Shown here piece after piece: positions 38,646-47,413 of a DNA stretch of 56,601 nucleotides (positions are counted from its first letter, which is position 1; each line of letters opens with the position of its first letter). Origin of the DNA: an uncultured Lentisphaerales bacterium. GTDB lineage: Bacteria; Verrucomicrobiota; Lentisphaeria; JABSQK01; UBA12247. Below the pieces are notes generated by a model. It did not search any database. It was not told where the DNA came from and saw only the letters and a program-made list of their open reading frames with translations. The position numbers were made by a program, and so were the translations under genes. The stretch spans positions 1 to 56,601 of the forward strand of contig CALSSJ010000028.1 in assembly GCA_943788985.1 (NCBI GenBank), written 5' to 3'.

Positions 38646-41048
38646 ATGTCGCTTGATGCTCTGAAGAGCTACATTTACGTCTCCAAATACGCCCGTTATC
38701 AGCCGGAAAAAGGTCGCAGAGAGACCTTTGACGAGTCGGTGGATCGCGTGCTTTCCATGCATCGCGTTAAATACGCGGGAATCGACATTCACCAAGAGTT
38801 GGACTTCTGTGAGGTGGCCATGAAGGACCGCCTTGTGCTGGGCAGCCAACGGGCCCTGCAGTTCGGCGGCGACCCGGTCCTGCAGAAAGAGGCACGCATC
38901 TACAATTGCACAACCTCCTACTGTGATCGCCCTCGTTTTTTTCAGGAGTGTCTGTGGTTGCTGTTGTGCGGCTGCGGCGCTGGATTTTCCGTGCAACGCC
39001 ATCATGTCGCCAAGCTCCCGGAGCTCGTGAAACCATCCGGAATGGCAGAGCCATATAGCATTCAGGACTCGATCGAGGGCTGGGGCGACGCTCTGGGCGT
39101 ACTGCTGGCATCGCACGGTTTAGCGGCACCGGAGTTTACCTCTTGGGTGGGGCGTCCGGTGATTTTTGACTACTCGCTGATTCGACCGAAGGGAAGACCG
39201 TTGTCATCAAGTGGCGGCAAGGCGCCTGGTCCCGAACCTTTAAAGAAGAGTTTGGATAAGATTGCAGAGTTGATGAAGCGGGGACTGCATGCCGGTCAGC
39301 GGCGGTTGCGTCCGCTTGATGCCTATGACATTGTGATGCATGCCAGTGATGCAGTGCTCTCAGGCGGCGTTCGGCGCAGCGCCACGATCTGTCTTTTTAG
39401 CCCGGATGACGAAGAAATGATGGGGGCCAAAACTGGCTCCTGGTTCATCGAAAATCCGCAGCGCGGACGGAGTAATAACAGCGCGGTGCTGTTGCGTGAC
39501 CATACGACGCGCGAAGAATTCATGGATATCATGAAGTCCGTGCGAGAGTTTGGCGAGCCTGGCTTCGTCTGGAGCGATTCGACTGAAATCATGTACAATC
39601 CATGTGTGGAAATCGGTCTCTATCCCCAGATCGATGGTGTGTCTGGCTGGGCCTTCTGCAATCTCTGCGAGATCAACGGCAAGGCCTGCAAGACGGTAGA
39701 GGACTGGGAGCGCGCCTGTACCGCAGCTGCGTATCTTGGGACCCTTCAGGCAGGGTATACAAGCTTTCCGTATCTCGGAGATGTATCGGAGCGGATTGCC
39801 CAGCGCGAGAGCCTGCTTGGAGTCTCAATTACGGGGATCATGGACAATCCAGAGCTGCTGTTGGAGCCAGCACTGCAGCGTAAGATGGCGGGTCATGTCG
39901 CTGCTGTGAACGAGCAGTTTGTCCCGAAGCTGGGGATCAAGCCAGCCGCCAGGGCCACCTGTGTGAAGCCTGCAGGGACCACCAGTTGCCTTCTAGGGAC
40001 CAGCAGTGGCATTCATCCGCACCACGCCAAGCGTTACTTTCGCCGGGCGCAAGGCAATGAACTGGAGGCGCCGCTGCAGCATTTTGAGACTCTGAACCCG
40101 CGCCACGTCGAGGCATCTGTGTGGTCGGCAAACGGCACCGATAAGGTCGTCACCTTCTGCGTGGAAGTAGATGACAACGCGCTGACCAAAGAGATTGTGA
40201 GCGCCGTAGACCTACTGCAGTACGTCAAACTGACTCAGGAAAACTGGGTGGAAGGCGGCCGTAACCATGCGAGGTGCGCAGCACCGTTCTTGCGCCACAA
40301 CGTCTCAAATACGATCAACGTCAAAGACAATGAGTGGGAAGACGTCGGCAATTTTATTTACGAGAATCGCCAGGCATTCGCAGGCGTCGCTCTTTTACCC
40401 CATGCGGGGGATCGAGATTATCCGCAGGCGCCATTTGTGCAGGTATTTACCCCCCAGGAGATCGTCGGGAACTACGGCGACGGCTCTTTGTTGGCATCCG
40501 GGCTAATCGTGGACGCGCTGCATGCGTTCAAGAACAACCTTTGGGCTGCCTGCGATTCCGTACTTGGGCGAGGGGAGTTGCTGACTTCGCAAGCGTTACG
40601 TGAGAAAATTCAACGTGACACCGTCAACGGCATGCAGGAGCGCTGGGATTGGGAAGGGCTCACCGGAAAGACTCCAGAAGGGCTGCTCACCGCCTGGCTC
40701 AATCATAATGTCGACAACTACGAAGCGAAGCTGGATTGGATCCGACGCGCCGATCGGTTCGCGACAAACTTTTTCAGTGGCGATGTACGTACGATGACGT
40801 ACTGCTTGAAGGATGTGAACAACTGGAAGCACTGGTGCGACCTGAATCGCGAGTATCAGCCCGTGAACTGGACGCTCTTCCGCGAGAATGAGGACAGCAC
40901 TTCACATCCAGGCTTAGATGCGGCCTGTGCCGGTGGCAGTTGCGATCTCCTATTATTTTCGGCCGCAGGGCAAGAGAACGCAGAATCTGGCTCCCCTACA
41001 TCCGGAACTGCGGTGACTGAAACAGTTGAGGAGAGCGTAAACGCCTAA
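38646..41048 (+). CDS. nrdJ: Class II (adenosylcobalamin-dependent) monomeric-type ribonucleoside-triphosphate reductase
   Basis: 800 aa from ATG 38646; KYAR...RRETF, YNC, GCGAGFS, GGVRRSA, GEPG, NPCVEI (thiyl Cys), CNLCE, TCVKPAGT and a C-terminal CAGGSC redox pair; no nrdB nearby. Confidence 0.88.
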   Translation: MSLDALKSYIYVSKYARYQPEKGRRETFDESVDRVLSMHRVKYAGIDIHQELDFCEVAMKDRLVLGSQRALQFGGDPVLQKEARIYNCTTSYCDRPRFFQECLWLLLCGCGAGFSVQRHHVAKLPELVKPSGMAEPYSIQDSIEGWGDALGVLLASHGLAAPEFTSWVGRPVIFDYSLIRPKGRPLSSSGGKAPGPEPLKKSLDKIAELMKRGLHAGQRRLRPLDAYDIVMHASDAVLSGGVRRSATICLFSPDDEEMMGAKTGSWFIENPQRGRSNNSAVLLRDHTTREEFMDIMKSVREFGEPGFVWSDSTEIMYNPCVEIGLYPQIDGVSGWAFCNLCEINGKACKTVEDWERACTAAAYLGTLQAGYTSFPYLGDVSERIAQRESLLGVSITGIMDNPELLLEPALQRKMAGHVAAVNEQFVPKLGIKPAARATCVKPAGTTSCLLGTSSGIHPHHAKRYFRRAQGNELEAPLQHFETLNPRHVEASVWSANGTDKVVTFCVEVDDNALTKEIVSAVDLLQYVKLTQENWVEGGRNHARCAAPFLRHNVSNTINVKDNEWEDVGNFIYENRQAFAGVALLPHAGDRDYPQAPFVQVFTPQEIVGNYGDGSLLASGLIVDALHAFKNNLWAACDSVLGRGELLTSQALREKIQRDTVNGMQERWDWEGLTGKTPEGLLTAWLNHNVDNYEAKLDWIRRADRFATNFFSGDVRTMTYCLKDVNNWKHWCDLNREYQPVNWTLFRENEDSTSHPGLDAACAGGSCDLLLFSAAGQENAESGSPTSGTAVTETVEESVNA

Positions 41049-41286
41049 ACTCGCACCAACTGCGAGCCGTCCTTCTGGGCGCCTACCAAGCCGGCTCCGC
41101 ACGCTTCAGGCTACGGCCAAGGCTTTACTTCCCGGGCTTGGAGTTCGCCTCAAAATGGCTCAGTGTCGTGGCGGCGGGTGCTTATCCACAAGCTGCTACA
41201 GTGGTCGTGTGTAGCAAGTTGGTAAGTCAATGCGAGAGGCATTTCTGATGCTCCGGTGGGCTGGGGAACACGAGTCGCTGCTGGGA

Positions 41287-41366
41287 CATCGGCGAGGTGC
41301 CGCCAGTGCGGTGGAGGGCCGAGAGGCCCTCGGATTTTTCGACGGAATTGCGACACGCCACACTTG
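41287..41366. repeat. Dispersed ~80-bp repeat (MITE-like half element), copy A, containing the hairpin gagggcc-gaga-ggccctc
   Basis: Aligns with 49266-49346: 17-bp identity catcggcgaggtgccgc, then colinear similarity to ccacact. Confidence 0.7.
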
Positions 41367-41423
41367 GGTAGCGTTGCCCTGCTCATCATTACCACCCCTC
41401 TTTAGCTGCCGATGCGAGATTCC

Positions 41424-42753
41424 ATGACCCCTGAACCATCCTACGAGCAAATGGTTGCCGAGATTTTTTCTGCGCCTGAGCGCATGCTTCAGTTGGAGGC
41501 TGGCGAGGTCTTGCTGGAGCAAGGCCAACCCAACATGCGGCTGTTTTGTGGTGCGCAGTGGACAGCTCGCAGGCTACGCCCAAGATGAGGCAGCAGTCGA
41601 GCAGAAGACGAAGCTGCTAGTAGAAGCAGACGATCTGGTTGGGATTCAGTCATTTTTCTCGCCCGAGATCTCTAGCATGATGACTGTTACCGCGGTGGTG
41701 CCCAGTACCGTGAATTACGTCACTCTGAAATCGCTAGCGCAGGAGCGCGATCAGCCGCCAGAGGGGCTGTTGCTGCCGCTGCTCACGCACGCACTGGCAC
41801 GGCGCCAGAAGATCACGTTCCAACTGATGCGCAAGGACGAAGAGATTGATAGAATCAATCTCCTCGGTCAATTCTCCGCCGCCGTCGCCCATGAACTGAA
41901 CAACGCTCTGGCGGTGATCGCTCGCGGCGCACACTGGATGACAGCCGCGCTCGATCACGAGATGGCAGCGCTGTCGAGCGCCGAATACTTGGTATTTCAG
42001 GCTGGCATGCGCGGTCGCCGGATTGGCAGCAGGGACGCGCGGCACGGTGGCAAGAAGCTGGAAAGGGAGCTCAAAATCACCAGTGCCGAGGCACGCAAGA
42101 TCGCTGGGATGGGACTTTCCGAAGCCCAGTTGACGGAGCTGCGGGGGCAGCTCCGGGCCGACCCAGGTCGGTTCGTTCAACTCTGGGAGTTTGGCGCTAC
42201 ATTCTGTGACCTGCGGCACGCAGCCGAGCATGCCGGTGGTGTGGTCGAGTCGATGCGCAATCTTGGGGCGCGCGCCACGGTGCAGCACGCGGCCGTTTCG
42301 TTGGAAGAGACCTTGCGCAGCGCCTTGACTGTATCCGGCAGTGCAACGCGTGGGGTCCATATTCAGCTTGAACTGCCAGAGGAAGACTTTCAGCTGCGGG
42401 CCAACAAAGGAGAGTTGGTGCAGGTTTGGACCAACCTCATTCGCAACGCCTGTGACGCGATGCGCTCGTTGCCCGAAGGGACCCAGAAGACGCTGCAGAT
42501 TCGGGCCCAACAGGTTCACCGCTGCGTGCGGGTCAGCATCCAGGACAACGGCGGTGGCATTTCCGAGGATGTCTTGCCGCGCATCTTCCTGCCCAACTTT
42601 ACGACCAAGCGCGATGGTCTGAACTTCGGTCTTGGCCTCGGCCTTTCGATCGTGCATCGGATCGTAACCGGCTACGAGGGGAATGTTGTAGCTGAAAACC
42701 TCGCGGCGGGCGCCTGTTTTTCAGTTAGCCTGCCAACCATTTCTCAGACATAA
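41424..42753 (+). CDS. Soluble sensor histidine kinase with an N-terminal cyclic-nucleotide-binding-like domain (one frameshift)
   Basis: ATG 41424 MTPEPSYEQ...LEAGEVLLEQGQPNMRLF, extra T at about 41545, then VVRSGQL; AHELNN, QVWTNLIRNA, DNGGG, FTTK, GLGLGL; 442 aa corrected. Confidence 0.85.
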
Positions 42754-42767
42754 GGAGGCCCGATATC

Positions 42768-43247
42768 ATGCGACCAGCAATTATCTGTGTAGACGATCAG
42801 CGCGAAGTCCTGGCCGCGCTGCTAAAGGATCTCACACCATTGGCGGACGAATTTGACGTCATCGAATGTGATTCAGCAGACGAAGCATTCGAGGCAATGG
42901 ACGAATTTGATGCAGACGGAGTCGCGATTGCCCTCGTGATTTCGGACCATGTCATGCCGCACTGTACCGGAGTCGAGTTCCTGCGACAGGTACATCTGGA
43001 CTCTCGGTTTCGCCACACCGGCAAGGTGCTACTCACAGGGCTCGCTACACATAAAGACACAATCAACGCGATCAATCAGGCGCAAATTAACGCCTACATC
43101 GAGAAACCGTGGACCGAAGAGAACCTGCTGCGCACGTTGCGTTGCTGTCTGACCCGATTCATTTTGGACACCCATCTGGACTATTCAAAGTTTCCGCACG
43201 CGCTAGACCAAGATCTGCTTCTCCAGCACATGCACAAAAACGCCTGA
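42768..43247 (+). CDS. Single-domain response regulator
   Basis: 159 aa; CVDD, ISDHVMP, LLTG, EKPW; TAAGGAGG RBS; no DNA-binding domain. Confidence 0.92.
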   Translation: MRPAIICVDDQREVLAALLKDLTPLADEFDVIECDSADEAFEAMDEFDADGVAIALVISDHVMPHCTGVEFLRQVHLDSRFRHTGKVLLTGLATHKDTINAINQAQINAYIEKPWTEENLLRTLRCCLTRFILDTHLDYSKFPHALDQDLLLQHMHKNA

Positions 43248-43307
43248 CACTGCAGGCCGTTTCGTTCCCACCCACACATCTCTCGGCCCGCTCAATTGGA
43301 TCGCATC

Positions 43308-44770
43308 ATGTCCAGATACTGGAAACTGTTAATCGGGATTGTCATTCCCTTACTTACGCTGTGGCTGCCTACTGACGCCGTTGGTGCCGCTCTGCATCTT
43401 GACGGCCTCACCCTGGTCCAACATCGCGTTCTTGCGATTTTCCTCTTTGCCGTTCTATTCTGGGTGTTGGAGCCCATCCCTGTGTTTGCCACCTCCGTAT
43501 CGATCATCGTGCTGGAGTTGGTGCTCATCTCGAACCGGGCTGCGAAGCCTTTCGCGTTCGATGGAAATGGAGATCTGCATAGCGGACTGATCAACTACAA
43601 AGCGATCATGGGCACCTTCGCCTCGCCGATTATCCTGCTTTTCTTGGGCGGATTTTTCCTAGCCATGGCGGCGACCAAATATCGTCTGGATACCAATCTT
43701 GCGCGTGTGATGCTCAAGCCCTTTGGAACCCAGCCGCGCTACGTCCTGCTGGGTTTGATGGGCATCACCGCGGTGTTTTCGATGTTTATGAGCAACACCG
43801 CGACCACAGCCATGATGCTGACCATCCTTGTGCCTGTGCTGAAGAATCTGCCACGTAACGACCGCGGAAGCACCGCCTTCGTGCTGGGAATCCCGTTTGC
43901 GGCAAACATCGGGGGCATGGGCACCCCCATCGGCACGCCGCCGAACGCCGTCGCTCAGAAGTACCTGACCTCTGGCGTGGCCCTGGCTGATGGGGCCACG
44001 GCGGACTGGTCGATCAGTTTTTGGCGGCTGGATGCTGTTTGCCGTCCCCCTACGTGATCATCATGTTGACTGTGGCCTGGGCGCTGCTGCTGATGCTGTA
44101 TCCTGTCGAAACCGAAGAGATCAAGGTCTCGATGCGCGGCAAGTTTCTGCGGACCCGTGAGGCCATCGTCGTCTACATCACCTTCGCAGCTACCATCATC
44201 CTCTGGCTGTGTGGGAGTAGCCTGCATAACATGACCTCACACATCGTGGCCATGATCCCGGTTGCCATCTTCTGCGCGACCGGCATAGTCACGCGCGAGG
44301 ACCTCAAGACTATGAGTTGGGACGTGCTGTGGCTCGTCTCGGGCGGTGTTGCCCTTGGACTCGCGCTTGGCACCACTGGCCTAAGCGAAGTTCTGGTGGC
44401 TACCATTCCCTTCCAGGAGATGGGGCTGGTCGCAATCGTCATCGCTGCCGCGCTGCTTGGGACGTTGATGTCCACCTTCATGTCCAACACCGCTACTGCA
44501 AACCTGATGCTACCGATTATGGCCGCGCTCGGGGTGAGTCTCGCGGCGAGTGGCAGCAAGACCGGCATGGTCCTGATCCTTGGCGTCACCTTTGCCTGTT
44601 CATTAGCGATGGCCATGCCCATCTCGACCCCGCCGAATGCGCTTGCCCATGCTACCGGGTACGTAAATACCGGGGATCTGGCTCGCTCTGGCGTCATTAT
44701 CGGTGTCGTGGGGATCCTGCTGACCTTTGGCATGCTCTGGATTATGAATGCTTCCAGCTTCTTTAGCTGA
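43308..44770 (+). CDS. SLC13/DASS-family anion:sodium symporter (two +1 frameshifts at about 44020 and 44048)
   Basis: Two FMSNTAT motifs, GTPPNA and STPPNA, many TM helices; 486 aa corrected. Confidence 0.9.
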
Positions 44771-44874
44771 GGCCTCCCAGCTTCCCAGGAAACATCTAGG
44801 GCAGCTTGACGTCCTACGCGCAACTCACACCGTTTGGGCACCGATAATCGCCACCAATTATTCCTGAGTCTGCT

Positions 44875-45534
44875 ATGCACCTGCTCCTCATCTGCACCAG
44901 TCTGCTATTCACCTGCTTGGTCCAAGCCGAGGAGCCCCCAGCGCTAAACGCCGGGCAGGCGTTTCGGCAACAGCTACAAGGGCAGGCCAAGCTGCTGATA
45001 TCCGAGCACTACGGAGACCTGCTGGCGCGCTGGCCCACGCTGGCAAGTCAGCTGGAGGCGCTCGTCACGGAACGTCGCGTGCGCCTTGGTAATGTCAGCA
45101 TCAACTCCGTGCTTTCGGGCAAGCGTAGCATCCCGTTGAGCGACTTAGAGGCACCGTATCGAGAATTGGATGCAAAACTCGTCGAACTGCTCGGTGACAG
45201 GTATGCGGAGTTCGCAACATACGAGGAGGAGATCGACGATCGTGCCGTGGTGCGCAGGCTCAGAGCCGCGGCAGAGGCGGAGAATTGTGCGTTCAAGCCC
45301 GCCGTTCTAGACGAGCTGCTAGCCGTTCTCGGGAAGTCGCGTCAAGCAGCTGAGCTGGTCTTTCGCTGGGACGAACCGCTGCGCATGAGTCCAACCCGCG
45401 GCTTGAAGAAGGCCGAGTTTCGAAGCCGCACCGAAGCCATGTATGAGGACATGCTGCAACAGGCATCGGCGCTGCTGGACGAGGCACAACTCAAGCTGTT
45501 GGCGGCAGAGCTGCCCCGGAAGGACCGACGGTGA
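44875..45534 (+). CDS. Hypothetical exported helical protein
   Basis: 219 aa; signal peptide MHLLLICTSLLFTCLVQA; GTGA overlap with the next gene. Confidence 0.65.
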   Translation: MHLLLICTSLLFTCLVQAEEPPALNAGQAFRQQLQGQAKLLISEHYGDLLARWPTLASQLEALVTERRVRLGNVSINSVLSGKRSIPLSDLEAPYRELDAKLVELLGDRYAEFATYEEEIDDRAVVRRLRAAAEAENCAFKPAVLDELLAVLGKSRQAAELVFRWDEPLRMSPTRGLKKAEFRSRTEAMYEDMLQQASALLDEAQLKLLAAELPRKDRR

Positions 45535-46496
45535 CCGCACAGGCAAGCGTGCCCGGCAAGCTGATCCTCGCAGGCGAACATGCTGTCGTCTACGGATCTC
45601 CGGCGATCGCCTTTGCCGTGAATCGCCTGATAACCGCTACGGCTGAACCTGATGGCATCGATACCGTGACCATCACCTCGGAGTTCTGCGAAGGCGGCCT
45701 TTGGGGCTTGAGCGAGCTCGCTGCGCTACGCATGCAGCTCGAGCGTCGCTACCGCCAGTACAAGGCCGGGCAGCTGCCGATCGAAGCTGTGCTAGAACGG
45801 CCCGTCGAGTTGCTGGCCTATGCCGCAGCGCTCGGCGATCCTGCGGCAGGGTTGCGCATACACGTCGAAAGCCAGCTGGCGATCGGCGCCGGCATGGGCT
45901 CATCCGCAGCCGCCTGCTCAGCTGTCATCCAAGCCGTTGCCCAGACGTCGGGAAAGTCTCTTGCTCCCTTTACGTGCCACCAGCTGGTCTCCTGCTGCGA
46001 AGCCCTCCAACACGGCCGTCCGAGTGGGCTCGATGTGGCAACCATCCTCAAAGGCGGCATCATCTGGTACAAGACCAGAAATCTGGAATCCCTCCCCGGC
46101 TGGCTGCCGCGGCTGTACCTATGGCACAGCGGCAGGCCCGCCAGCACGACCGGCGAGTGCGTCGAGCATGTGCGTCAGCAGCAACTGCCAGCCGAACACT
46201 GGCAGGAGTTTGCGAACATCGCAAACGTCATGCGTACTGCGATCGAGACCCAGAACGAAGCCGAAGTTCGAGTTGCGATGTCCGCAAACCAGCGGCTGCT
46301 CGAAACCTTGGGCGTGGTCCCGAAAGCCGTTGCCGACGAGATTGCGGCAATCGAAGCAGTTGGCGCTGCAGCGAAGATTTCTGGGGCTGGCAGCATTGCC
46401 GGAGATACCGCCGGCAGTGTCTTGATCGCGATCGATGACCCGGCGCGGCTGCCCCATCTTACGTTAGAACCCCTCACTATCTGGAGTCGAAAATGA
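45531..46496 (+). CDS. mvk: GHMP kinase, probable mevalonate kinase
   Basis: PGKLILAGEHAVVYG, IGAGMGSSAA, HGRPSGLD, AKISGAG. Confidence 0.8.
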   Translation: MTAQASVPGKLILAGEHAVVYGSPAIAFAVNRLITATAEPDGIDTVTITSEFCEGGLWGLSELAALRMQLERRYRQYKAGQLPIEAVLERPVELLAYAAALGDPAAGLRIHVESQLAIGAGMGSSAAACSAVIQAVAQTSGKSLAPFTCHQLVSCCEALQHGRPSGLDVATILKGGIIWYKTRNLESLPGWLPRLYLWHSGRPASTTGECVEHVRQQQLPAEHWQEFANIANVMRTAIETQNEAEVRVAMSANQRLLETLGVVPKAVADEIAAIEAVGAAAKISGAGSIAGDTAGSVLIAIDDPARLPHLTLEPLTIWSRK

Positions 46497-47413
46497 GCCG
46501 CACTATTATCACTTCTGCTCCTGGTAAGCTGATGCTCATGGGCGAGCACGCCGTGCTATGCGGGCACCATTGTCTGGCTTGCGCGATTGACCAGCGCGTC
46601 ACTGTCACACTCCAAGAGCGCACCGATTCCCAGGTTATTATCGAATCAGCCCTTGGCCGTACCGAGACCAATGTGCGCGCCCTGAAGCCAGTAGCCCCGC
46701 ACGAGTTTGTCCTCGAGGCACTGTCCACCGTCGGCCTGGACACAGGCTGCGAACTCCGCATCGAGAGCGAGTTTACCTCCACTCTCGGCCTCGGCTCATC
46801 CGCGGCAGTCACCGCGGCCACGGTTGCCGCCGCCGTCCGCCTGCGGAGTTCGCTTGTCACGCCAGATGCCGTCTTTGTGCACGGGCGCTCCGTGATTCAA
46901 GAAGTGCAGGGCACCGGATCTTGTGCGGACCTCGCAGCAAGCGTCTACGGCGGCGTCCTCGTATACAGATCCGAGCCGCTCAGCATTGAGCCAATCGCAG
47001 ACACACTGCCGCTGGTGGTGATCAACTCAGGGGCCAAAGATCCCACGGTGCGGGTGGTACAGCAGGTGCGCGCTCAGGCAAAGGCCGAACCAGAAGTCTA
47101 CCGCGCACTGTTCGAGGCGATGAACACCACCTCCCTGAAATGTGCCGAAGCAATTCTAAGCGAAGATTGGCCCCGCGTAGGCCAACTCTGGAATGTCAAT
47201 CATGGCCTGCTGGAGGCAATCGGCGTGGTCCACGCGCCGCTGGCTCGCATCGTCCATACCTTGCGCGAAGCTCCCGGGATTCTGGGGGCCAAAGTCTCAG
47301 GCGCTGGCCTCGGTGATTGTGCCATCGGGCTAGGGCAGGGCAGTGGAGATTTTCTAGGCACGCGCATTCCACTTCAAGTCAGCGCCAGAGGCGTGGAGGT
47401 CCAGGATGGCTGA
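46493..47413 (+). CDS. GHMP kinase, probable phosphomevalonate kinase
   Basis: PGKLMLMGEHA, LGLGSSAAVT, QGTGSCADLAAS, AKVSGAGLGDC (GAGxGDC is typical of bacterial PMK). Confidence 0.7.
   Translation: MSRTIITSAPGKLMLMGEHAVLCGHHCLACAIDQRVTVTLQERTDSQVIIESALGRTETNVRALKPVAPHEFVLEALSTVGLDTGCELRIESEFTSTLGLGSSAAVTAATVAAAVRLRSSLVTPDAVFVHGRSVIQEVQGTGSCADLAASVYGGVLVYRSEPLSIEPIADTLPLVVINSGAKDPTVRVVQQVRAQAKAEPEVYRALFEAMNTTSLKCAEAILSEDWPRVGQLWNVNHGLLEAIGVVHAPLARIVHTLREAPGILGAKVSGAGLGDCAIGLGQGSGDFLGTRIPLQVSARGVEVQDG

Noticed and set aside
41182..41190. Perfect DnaA box TTATCCACA
   Set aside because: Single copy, no cluster or AT-rich unwinding element, and downstream rather than upstream of nrdJ; compatible with chance.
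6510..44050. About ten frameshifts in otherwise intact genes (near 6515, 6626, 17160, 27470, 28151, 36384, 36900, 41545, 44020, 44048) as programmed frameshifting, phase variation or pseudogenisation
   Set aside because: Each is a single-base gain or loss in a short homopolymer, spread over unrelated genes with no accompanying nonsense codons. This is the signature of unpolished long-read error, and read-level polishing would settle it.
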